From the IMG/VR virus record IMGVR_UViG_3300049136_000115, positions 1 through 51,606 of that record: 51,606 nt of DNA; one strand, 5' to 3'. This document shows positions 45,073 through 51,606 of this stretch, in pieces. The DNA comes from a virus (lineage: Duplodnaviria > Caudoviricetes). The position numbers and the translations under genes were made by a program. The notes under the pieces were generated by a model. The model worked only from the letters and a program-made list of their open reading frames with translations, searched no databases and was not told where the DNA came from. Numbering within the stretch: position 1 is the first letter of the stretch; each line of letters opens with the position of its first letter.

Positions 45073-45491
45073 ACCGAACCGCCCGGGTGGAAGCAGGAGC
45101 AGACGTCGGCCATGAGCCGCTGGTACGAGGCGACTGTGGCCGGGGTCCAGCGGTGCTGCGGGCCGGCGTAGGCCTCGCGGAACCAGCGGTCGCACACGGC
45201 GAGCAACTGCTGCTCGCGGTCGGCGTCGCGCGCGGTGGTGCCGCCGTCGGCCGGAGTGCAGGCCTCGGGGTGGTCGGCGGCGAGGCGGGCGAACGCGTCC
45301 TCGAGGGCGGGGTTGTCCCAGGCGTGCCGGTGCGGGTCGGTCACCGGGCGACGCAACCGGGCCTGCTCGAAGTACGTGTCCAGGGCGCGGCGGGAGTGCC
45401 GCAGCCGGAACGCGTCCCAGCGGGCTCGCAGGCCGGTTATCGGGTGGGTAGTGCGACGGCCGATGTGCATCGTCGCGGTCATCGCCATCAC
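45069..45491 (-). CDS. Hypothetical protein
   Basis: GAAGGAAG RBS; coupled to next gene. Confidence 0.65.
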   Translation of the reverse strand: MMAMTATMHIGRRTTHPITGLRARWDAFRLRHSRRALDTYFEQARLRRPVTDPHRHAWDNPALEDAFARLAADHPEACTPADGGTTARDADREQQLLAVCDRWFREAYAGPQHRWTPATVASYQRLMADVCSCFHPGGSV

Positions 45492-45500
45492 TTCCTTCGG

Positions 45501-45818
45501 TCAGTCGGTGTCGGGTGTGGTGTGCAGGGCTGCGCGTACTGCGGCGGCCCCGCGTTGTGCGGTCTCGGGTCCGGGCGGGTGCCGGCGGGAACGCCACGCG
45601 TCCGGCAGGCCTGCGAGCAGGTCTGGGGGTTCGGCTTCGGGGTCGGCGATCAGGTGGGCGACGGCGACGACCAGGCGGCCGAAGGCCATGTCCTCGCGGT
45701 AGCGGAGCTGTGCGAGGACGTCGCGCAGTTGGTCGCTGGGCCAGTCGGGGCGGGCTGCGGCGGCGAGGGCGAGCAGCTGGCCGGTGGCCGGGCGGGGCAC
45801 GCTGGTGTCGGCGTTCAT
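45501..45818 (-). CDS. Hypothetical protein downstream of replication initiator
   Basis: LAAAARPDW motif; coupled. Confidence 0.7.
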   Translation of the reverse strand: MNADTSVPRPATGQLLALAAAARPDWPSDQLRDVLAQLRYREDMAFGRLVVAVAHLIADPEAEPPDLLAGLPDAWRSRRHPPGPETAQRGAAAVRAALHTTPDTD

Positions 45819-47062
45819 CCGGGCCTCCCGGATGGAAGGGCCGGAGGCTGCGGGCGTCCGGGAGGGAGCTGGTAGGGCTCGTGGATGCCGAGCTGCCGTT
45901 CCCGCTCGTCGAGTTCGCGTTCGAGGCGGCGCAGAGCGGCTGTGGCGGCGCGGTCGTCAGCGCACACGGCGCACTCGGCGTCGGTGTGCCAGATCCGGCC
46001 GGACTCGCAGGCGACCAGGCTGCACCCGTGACGGACAACGGCCGCGCCGAGCAGCCAGCGGCCCGGGTCGCGGATCGTCTCGGTGGACGCGAAGCGGCGT
46101 TCCAGGCGGGCGCGCAACCGTTCCGGTGTCTGCCCCTGGTCGAGCTGGCGGCCGATTTGCCGGGCGGCTTCACGGACCACGTACGGCGACAGGCCGGGCA
46201 GCAGCGCCTTCACCGGCTCGAGGACTCGCCAGATCCGCGGAGCGAGAGTCAGCTGTGGCCCCGTGTAGGCGCGCTGGAAAGTTCGGGGAAGCGGAGGGTT
46301 TTCCACAGCCCCTCGCGCTACTACCTGCTCTCGCCTACGGCGGATATCCGAGGCGGCAGTGGGCGGATCATCCGGTGAGTCAGTCGGGTGGTGTTCCTTA
46401 TACGCGAGGGACCCGTCTTCAAGATCCGCAGCCGATCCCTCTTCAGTGTCCGCAGTGAACGCGGGCTGCGAGGGCTCGTCGTGGACGGTGTAGACGTGGC
46501 GGCCTCGGTACCCGGCGCGGCGGTCCACGCTGATCCAGCCGAGCCGCTCGAGGTCGCGGAGGATGCGCCGCACCGACCGGGTGTCGAGCGCCACGCCGGC
46601 CTTCTGGCCGGAGCGGTGGCGCAGGACGCGCGCCAGTTCGGCGAGCGTGATGTCGTGGCCTGTCGCGGTGGCGTACGCCAGCGCGGCGTAGGCGCGTAGC
46701 TGGCGCGGGCTGAGTGACTCGGCGGCGCGCGACGGCACCCACGCACCGTGCTCACGTCGGTGGTTGGTGGCGCGGATGCGGCGCACGGCCGTCCAGCCGG
46801 TGCCGCCCGGCCGGGTGCGCCGCTGGCTCGTGAGCTCCACGACGTCGTCGTCCGGCGCGGGCCGCATCAGCTGGGTGAGTGCGCGCTCGACGGTGGAGCG
46901 CGCCAAACCGAGCAGGCCAGAGAGGTAGGAGACCCCCGCCTCACAGCCGGTGTCGCGCCGGTCGAGCGCCGCGATTTTCACGTAGACGGGCAGCACGCTG
47001 TCGCTGTACGAGCCGACGATGACGCGTAGCGGGACACGGACTCGCTGAGGCATGGGGGTCAC
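45815..47062 (-). CDS. Putative replication initiator (tandem winged-HTH)
   Basis: GVSYLSGLLGLARSTVERALTQL; VRRILRDLERLGWISVD; IRDPGRWLL; AAGGGAGG RBS. Confidence 0.72.
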   Translation of the reverse strand: MTPMPQRVRVPLRVIVGSYSDSVLPVYVKIAALDRRDTGCEAGVSYLSGLLGLARSTVERALTQLMRPAPDDDVVELTSQRRTRPGGTGWTAVRRIRATNHRREHGAWVPSRAAESLSPRQLRAYAALAYATATGHDITLAELARVLRHRSGQKAGVALDTRSVRRILRDLERLGWISVDRRAGYRGRHVYTVHDEPSQPAFTADTEEGSAADLEDGSLAYKEHHPTDSPDDPPTAASDIRRRREQVVARGAVENPPLPRTFQRAYTGPQLTLAPRIWRVLEPVKALLPGLSPYVVREAARQIGRQLDQGQTPERLRARLERRFASTETIRDPGRWLLGAAVVRHGCSLVACESGRIWHTDAECAVCADDRAATAALRRLERELDERERQLGIHEPYQLPPGRPQPPALPSGRPG

Positions 47063-47092
47063 CTCCCTTCAGGGCTCGATGGGTTGAGGGGC

Positions 47093-47248
47093 TCAGTCGT
47101 CGAAGATCAGCAGAGTGGCGATGCCGAGCCACGTCGCAACGGCGGCGAGGACGGCAGCGATCCCTGTGAGATGGCCGTCCGAGGTGAGGCCGTAGGTGAC
47201 GGCACCGGAGATGCCACCGAGGCACAGGCCAGCGAGGAACACAGCCAT
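47093..47248 (-). CDS. Small 2-TM protein (51 aa, not in ORF track)
   Basis: MAVFLAGLCLGGISGAVTYGLTSDGHLTGIAAVLAAVATWLGIATLLIFDD; ATG overlaps upstream TGA. Confidence 0.68.
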   Translation of the reverse strand: MAVFLAGLCLGGISGAVTYGLTSDGHLTGIAAVLAAVATWLGIATLLIFDD

Positions 47249-47757
47249 CAGTCGCCCCCGTCTCCGAGCGCGCCGTCCAGGGCTGCGGTCATGCCGTCGG
47301 CGAGGGTCTTCATCTCGTGCAGCACCTCGCTGACCGTGAGGTTCGGGGTGTGCAGCACGCGGCGGGCGTACGTCGCCCAGTGGGCGAGGCCAGCCCGCAG
47401 ACGCGCGGTCTCCAGGTAGGCGAGCTGCCCGCCGGTCAGGCGCAGGGTGGACTCGTCAAGCTCCAGCTGGCCGGCGTCGTCCAGCGTTCCGCGGGCCGTG
47501 CGCTGGAGGTGCAGGAACCTGAGCGCCTCCCGGACGTAGCCCTCCTGCGACTCGTTGGGCAGCTCCAGGTGCGTGATGCGGACCTTGACCGACGCTTCCT
47601 TCTCAGTGCCCGGGGCGGGCTCGATGCGCTCGATCGCGGCGAACTCGCCGATGAACAGTCGCCGGGAGGCGGGCACGTCGTACACCGGGCGGATGTGCGG
47701 CTCCAACGCCTCCTGGGCGCTCGCCGACACCTTGGCGTCGAACTTCAGCTGCGTCAC
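47248..47757 (-). CDS. Hypothetical phage protein
   Basis: AAGGAG RBS; VTQLKFDAKV. Confidence 0.72.
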   Translation of the reverse strand: MTQLKFDAKVSASAQEALEPHIRPVYDVPASRRLFIGEFAAIERIEPAPGTEKEASVKVRITHLELPNESQEGYVREALRFLHLQRTARGTLDDAGQLELDESTLRLTGGQLAYLETARLRAGLAHWATYARRVLHTPNLTVSEVLHEMKTLADGMTAALDGALGDGGD

Positions 47758-48242
47758 GACTCGGACTCCTTGCTGGGTGTGGTCTGGCGCCAGATACGGA
47801 TGACGGCGCCGGGGTGGGCAAGCGCGTCGGCGCCCGTGAGCACATAGGCCTTGGCGGCGAACACGGCGGTGACGCGGCTGTCGTCCGCGAACACCCCCGC
47901 GTCGGTGAGGGCGTCCTGCGTCGAACGGATCAGCTTGTCGAGATCGGGCTTGCCGGTCGGATGCGCCGGAGCCGAGGCCTTCACCGTGCCGGCGTTCCGG
48001 CCCGTCCCGTAGTGGCCCTTGGACCGCCGGAAGGTGAAGACCACCTCCAGGCGCACGGCCTCGTTGAGCGGCTTCCACCCGTCGTCGTGGGCGAGGGCGT
48101 CCAGCGCGGCGTGCTTCACGGCCTCGCGCCACGGCTTCACCGCAGGCGACGACTCGTACAGCGCGCCCGCCCGGTTGCGGGTCTTCGAGCCCTGCGGCGC
48201 CGGGGTGCCGTGCACGGTAAGCAGGAACACAGGGGCAGTCAC
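47754..48242 (-). CDS. rusA: RusA-family Holliday junction resolvase
   Basis: GTPAPQGSK, KPWREAV, KPDLDKLIRSTQDALT..DDSRV. Confidence 0.92.
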   Translation of the reverse strand: MTAPVFLLTVHGTPAPQGSKTRNRAGALYESSPAVKPWREAVKHAALDALAHDDGWKPLNEAVRLEVVFTFRRSKGHYGTGRNAGTVKASAPAHPTGKPDLDKLIRSTQDALTDAGVFADDSRVTAVFAAKAYVLTGADALAHPGAVIRIWRQTTPSKESES

Positions 48243-48601
48243 GGCGTCTCACCGCCGTGCGCGCGCCGGTCCAGGACGTCGGCGGTGTACTGGAGGACGG
48301 CCGCCACGCTGGTGCCGCGCAGGTCGTTCAGCTCAGCGAGCACACCAACCGATCCGCTGGTCGCCAGCAAGACGGTGGCAATGTCGCTCGCCGGGAGATC
48401 GACGACCTCTGAGATGTCGTCGGCGAGCGCACGAGCGGCCTCGCTCAGGAAGTGGACGCGGGCGGTGTCGGTGTTGCGCCGCCGGTTCTCACGGATCGCG
48501 TCGAGCATCCCCTGCCGGGAGTACTGCTCTTTGGTGAAAGCCTTGATGCCGCGCTCCGTGAAGGCGCGGGCGAGCGCGTCAGCCTCTTCGGACCTGTTCA
48601 C
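48239..48601 (-). CDS. Hypothetical protein
   Basis: Coupled at both ends. Confidence 0.68.
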   Translation of the reverse strand: MNRSEEADALARAFTERGIKAFTKEQYSRQGMLDAIRENRRRNTDTARVHFLSEAARALADDISEVVDLPASDIATVLLATSGSVGVLAELNDLRGTSVAAVLQYTADVLDRRAHGGETP

Positions 48602-49041
48602 TCCAGTGGCTCCTGCCTTGTTGTGCCAGGGCCGGGCGTAACCGTCTGGCGTGCGGACTGGGGCCCGTACGGCGCTGGCCGGATCTCAGGAGCGGGGGTC
48701 TGCCGTCGTGACGGCTCCTCCCCGGCCATGGCTCCCGTCACGTCGGTGCTCACGTCGACATCGGCGGGCGGCTTTGACGCCGTACGGGTGGTCTGGGGCT
48801 CGCCCGGAGCAGGCGGGGTCACCGGAGCGTTCGAAGACTCCTCTCCCGCCTTCGCTCCCGCGACGGCGCTGCGGACGCCGGCGGGTGGCGTTGACTCCGG
48901 GCGAGCGGTCTGGGACCCGTCCGGCGCAGGCGGGGTCTGCGGAGCAGAGGAACGGACGTGCTCCTCTCCTGCCTTGGCTTCCACGTCAGCCCTCGTGCCG
49001 GGGGCTGGGGACGGCTTTGACGCCGGACGGGTGGTCTTCAT
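48598..49041 (-). CDS. Low-complexity 147-aa ORF overlapping the structured-RNA array
   Basis: Start and stop overlap neighbours; three ~40-aa Pro/Ala/Thr repeats that mirror the RNA units. Confidence 0.5.
   Translation of the reverse strand: MKTTRPASKPSPAPGTRADVEAKAGEEHVRSSAPQTPPAPDGSQTARPESTPPAGVRSAVAGAKAGEESSNAPVTPPAPGEPQTTRTASKPPADVDVSTDVTGAMAGEEPSRRQTPAPEIRPAPYGPQSARQTVTPGPGTTRQEPLE
48664..49032 (-). ncRNA. Tandem array of three structured RNA units with kink-turns
   Basis: Units 49032-48915, 48906-48798, 48788-48664; each closed by a different perfect 11-12 bp stem; conserved junction motifs UCAAMGCC, AGCSAW, RGA-GGAG...CUCC-NNN-GA; CCCAGACC linkers. Confidence 0.75.
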
Positions 49042-49508
49042 CGCAGCGTCACCGTCCGGATCGTGATGCCGGGTGTGGGCGCGGTACGGGCGTGCTCGGC
49101 GATCTCCCGCATCTGCTCAGCCCACGACGGGGACAGCTCGCGCGGGGTCTGCCCGGCGAGGGCCTTGAGGACGTCGCCGTGCACGGTGTCGAGGTACTCG
49201 GCGGGATCGGGCAGCGAGCCGATCTCGATCAGCCCCAGCGCCGTGTTGTCGGGGTTCCAGCCGGTGAACACGACCGGCCCGGCGTACGGCTGCACCACGG
49301 CGCCGAGCGCGGCCAGCACGCACGAGCCGACCACGTTGCGCGGGTACCGCTTCGGGAAGAACAGGCCGACGTCGTTGACCCAGCCGGCCACCGCGAGGCC
49401 CGGCAGGTTGACGCGCGCCCGACCCTCATGCCCGATGACCGCAGCCCAGTCGAGTTCGCCGTCGTGCTGGGTGAGTTCGCCGTCGGCGGCGATGACCGCG
49501 TACCTCAC
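49038..49508 (-). CDS. Hypothetical protein (DUF3846-like)
   Basis: YAVIAADG, GWVNDVG, RNVVGS, YAGPVVFTG. Confidence 0.68.
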   Translation of the reverse strand: MRYAVIAADGELTQHDGELDWAAVIGHEGRARVNLPGLAVAGWVNDVGLFFPKRYPRNVVGSCVLAALGAVVQPYAGPVVFTGWNPDNTALGLIEIGSLPDPAEYLDTVHGDVLKALAGQTPRELSPSWAEQMREIAEHARTAPTPGITIRTVTLR

Positions 49509-49873
49509 CGCCGGCCCCCGATCCGGGCGCGGTTGCCGGGCCGGTTGACGGCGGGGGCCGTGCCGCGTCGGAGCTTGGCGACGGGCACCCAGACGCGCCA
49601 GGTGAGGTCGTATTCGTTGTCCCACGTGGCGAACACCATCGGCACGTCGTGCCACTCACCCCCAAGGCACACGGCCGTCACGCCGCCGTCGAACATCCCC
49701 GGCACGTGCTCCGCCTGGTCGAGGGCAACGGTCCCCCCACGGCCGCCGACGTGGACGACGCGAGAGCCGACGGGGAACTGCTGGGCAAGGGCCTGAAGGC
49801 GATCGCGTACCTCCCACCACTCGTGCCCGGTGGGCACGACGCGGCCTCGGTAGGCGAGCGTGCGGGCGTTCAT
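49505..49873 (-). CDS. Hypothetical protein
   Basis: FPVGSRVVHVGGRGGTV; coupled. Confidence 0.65.
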   Translation of the reverse strand: MNARTLAYRGRVVPTGHEWWEVRDRLQALAQQFPVGSRVVHVGGRGGTVALDQAEHVPGMFDGGVTAVCLGGEWHDVPMVFATWDNEYDLTWRVWVPVAKLRRGTAPAVNRPGNRARIGGRR

Positions 49874-50523
49874 GACGCCGTCCTCTCTGCATGGTCGTGG
49901 GTGCCGACGAAGCGGGCGCGGACGCCGTGTTGGCGTCCTTCGGTGAAGGCCTCTGCCTCCCAGGCGCCCGCTGGCCGGAAGGCGGTGATGCCGCCCGAAC
50001 GCAGCCGCCAGGCGTTCTGCCGGGCCGTAGGCCCGCTGTCGCAGACGACGACTGTCCGCCACTCGCCGGGGTTCTGACGCAAGAGCTCGGCAGCCTCCCG
50101 GTAAGCCCTGCGGGTCTCGCTGTTGGTCGGCTGGTGGGGCACGTCCGGCAGCTGTAGTGCCGCTCTCGGGAACCAGCCGTGGAGCAGGCAGATGGCCACA
50201 GCCTGAGCCGGGGTACGCGCTCCGACCCGGCCCACGGCCGCCTCTCGGTGCTTTCGCACTGTGTTGTGATGGAGGCCGAGGTCCTCGGCGATCGCGCGGC
50301 CCGTCTGCCCGTTGGCGGTGGCGATGAGGATCTGAAGCTGACGCCGCGTCAGAGGGCAGTCCCAGCGGGGCTCCCACTCCAGGCGCGGGCCACTGCGGAG
50401 CCGGTCGACCTCATCGAGCAGCAGCCGGATGTTCCGCGCGCCGGGCGCGTTCGGCGACCGCTGGATCGCCTCCCGAAGGTTGGCGATCACGAGAGAGCTG
50501 AGTTCACCGGCCACGGGACTCAC
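49870..50523 (-). CDS. LuxR-type HTH protein with extra C-terminal domain
   Basis: PLTRRQLQIL..ANGQT..AIAEDLGL..NTVRKH...VGART..QAVA; C-term NPGEW..AFRPAGAWEA resembles 43992..44336. Confidence 0.8.
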   Translation of the reverse strand: MSPVAGELSSLVIANLREAIQRSPNAPGARNIRLLLDEVDRLRSGPRLEWEPRWDCPLTRRQLQILIATANGQTGRAIAEDLGLHHNTVRKHREAAVGRVGARTPAQAVAICLLHGWFPRAALQLPDVPHQPTNSETRRAYREAAELLRQNPGEWRTVVVCDSGPTARQNAWRLRSGGITAFRPAGAWEAEAFTEGRQHGVRARFVGTHDHAERTAS

Positions 50524-50812
50524 CGCCCTCGCCGCGTTCCAGCCGCTCCATGCGACGTCTCAGGGACTCGATTTCGTCACGCTGCCGGGAGACCTCGCCG
50601 ACATAGCGGGGCAGGGCCTCGCGGGCGTGGGAGATGAACTCCACGACCGAAAGCCGCTCGCTGTCGACCCACGTCTCCAGGAACGCGATGGGGCCGACCT
50701 GGTCGGGCAGGCCGCCGTGCTCGTTGGGCTCTACCGTCCAGGGGCCCACGGGGGCGTCGGCCACGATGCGCTGTGTCGTGCGCAGGTACTCGGGGTCTAT
50801 CGGCTCAGGCAC
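50504..50812 (-). CDS. Hypothetical phage protein
   Basis: PVGPWTV...EFISHAREALPRYVGEV.R motif. Confidence 0.72.
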   Translation of the reverse strand: MPEPIDPEYLRTTQRIVADAPVGPWTVEPNEHGGLPDQVGPIAFLETWVDSERLSVVEFISHAREALPRYVGEVSRQRDEIESLRRRMERLERGEGGESRGR

Positions 50813-51032
50813 CGCGCCCACCGTCCTCGGCATCGAGTGCGGCGAGGACCTGGCGCAGGCTCTCCTCCAGGGCGCCGAACATGCCGGCCACGATGTTGCC
50901 GGGCGTGGTGTCGACGTCCAGCGCGTTCGCCTCAGCCAGGATGTGGCGGGCCTGCTCGCGGGCGATGTCGAGGGGCGGCACGAACGTCGGCCGCTGGGGC
51001 ACGAGTTCGGTGTGTGCGATGCTGGATTGCAT
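50805..51032 (-). CDS. Hypothetical protein
   Basis: GAGG RBS; GALEESLRQVLAALDAE. Confidence 0.68.
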   Translation of the reverse strand: MQSSIAHTELVPQRPTFVPPLDIAREQARHILAEANALDVDTTPGNIVAGMFGALEESLRQVLAALDAEDGGRGA

Positions 51033-51110
51033 CGGGCCCACCTCGTTCCTCTCAGGTGATGGGTGGTTGGGCCGAGGGCTCGCCGGGTGCACGGCGGGCC
51101 CTCATTGCTG

Positions 51111-51245
51111 TCAGGCGGCTGATCTGGCGGGCAGCGTTTCCCTGCGCGGCTCTGTCCGCATCAGTGCACGGAGGTGCTCACGCTGTTCGGGGGTGAACGG
51201 CGGCCAGTCGTCGACCAGCCGGCGGATGTACTCCTCGCTGGTCAT
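51111..51245 (-). CDS. Small protein (44 aa)
   Basis: IRRLVDDWPPFTPEQREHLRALM motif; coupled. Confidence 0.65.
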   Translation of the reverse strand: MTSEEYIRRLVDDWPPFTPEQREHLRALMRTEPRRETLPARSAA

Positions 51246-51364
51246 GCGCTGCCTGCTTTGAACTCGCGGTCCGCCCCGCACGTGCGGCACTGGGCCCGCC
51301 AGAGGGGGTTTCGGTGGCCGCAGTTGCACACCCACCGGCACGCGGCGTCGATGCGGGCGCGCAT
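51242..51364 (-). CDS. Small RanBP2-like zinc-finger peptide (40 aa)
   Basis: WVCNCGHRN...CRTCG; ATG overlaps Cro stop. Confidence 0.6.
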   Translation of the reverse strand: MRARIDAACRWVCNCGHRNPLWRAQCRTCGADREFKAGSA

Positions 51365-51606
51365 CAGGCCACGCTCCGCGGGACCTGCGGTTCGGCCTGG
51401 TCGTCGGGCTCGGGGAGCAGCAGGTCGTGGACTTCGCACTCGAGGACTTCGGCGATCGCCTTGAGGTTTCCCGGGGAGAAGCCAGCTTTCCCGCATTCCA
51501 CGCTGCTGAGGTGGCTCACGCTCACGCCGGCCTTCTTCGCGAGGTCCGTGACGCTGAGCCCCGCCGCTATCCGCCGACGGCGGAACTCTCGGGGGTCTTC
51601 GTTCAT
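51364..51606 (-). CDS. Cro-like XRE HTH regulator (start at window edge)
   Basis: RRRRIAAGLSVTDLAKKAGVSVSHLSSVECG; first gene of early operon. Confidence 0.85.
   Translation of the reverse strand: MNEDPREFRRRRIAAGLSVTDLAKKAGVSVSHLSSVECGKAGFSPGNLKAIAEVLECEVHDLLLPEPDDQAEPQVPRSVA

Larger units (their letters stand above)
1..51606 (-). mobile_element. Prophage (temperate siphovirus, HK97-type head, long non-contractile tail); boundaries not resolved in window
   Basis: Co-oriented, tightly coupled (GTGA/ATGA overlaps) early, packaging, head, tail and lysis genes in canonical order; Cro-like gene at right edge; no integrase or att seen. Confidence 0.93.

Noticed and set aside
48664-49032. CRISPR array interpretation of the repeats
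   Set aside because: No identical short repeats with unique spacers and no cas genes; conservation is structural across whole units
48664-49032. Assignment to c-di-GMP-I/II, SAM-I, glycine or cobalamin riboswitch
   Set aside because: Only superficial similarity (three-way junction, k-turn); I could not match the diagnostic consensus nucleotides. Needs cmscan.

Overview
High-GC window (Streptomyces-like by gene content) almost entirely occupied by a temperate siphovirus-type prophage transcribed on the minus strand. Read right to left it has: a Cro-like XRE gene and early operon (LuxR-HTH, RusA, HTH replication initiator, vWA/Ter-like protein, WhiB, Thg1-like 3'-5' polymerase, tRNA-Ile(UAU), HAD phosphatase, many small ORFs); a moron region (PadR pair, opposite-strand gene, lipoprotein, DUF5677/HEPN-like protein); a late promoter; two HNH genes flanking a putative packaging site; terminase, portal, protease and HK97-type capsid; tail genes with a -1 frameshifted chaperone and a tape measure protein with an SLT domain; endolysin and holin; and an XRE + HFCD flavoprotein module at the left end. 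No integrase, repressor or att site is visible; they probably lie beyond the window. Two observations stand out. (1) A tandem array of three 109-125 nt RNA units (48664-49032, minus) shows compensatory covariation between copies and a kink-turn in each unit, hidden inside a low-complexity ORF. (2) A tRNA-Ile with a rare UAU anticodon and an A1-C72 mismatch lies between a Thg1-like polymerase gene and a HAD gene, suggesting phage-encoded tRNA 5' editing/repair. All calls come from reading the sequence and recognising motifs; no database searches were run.
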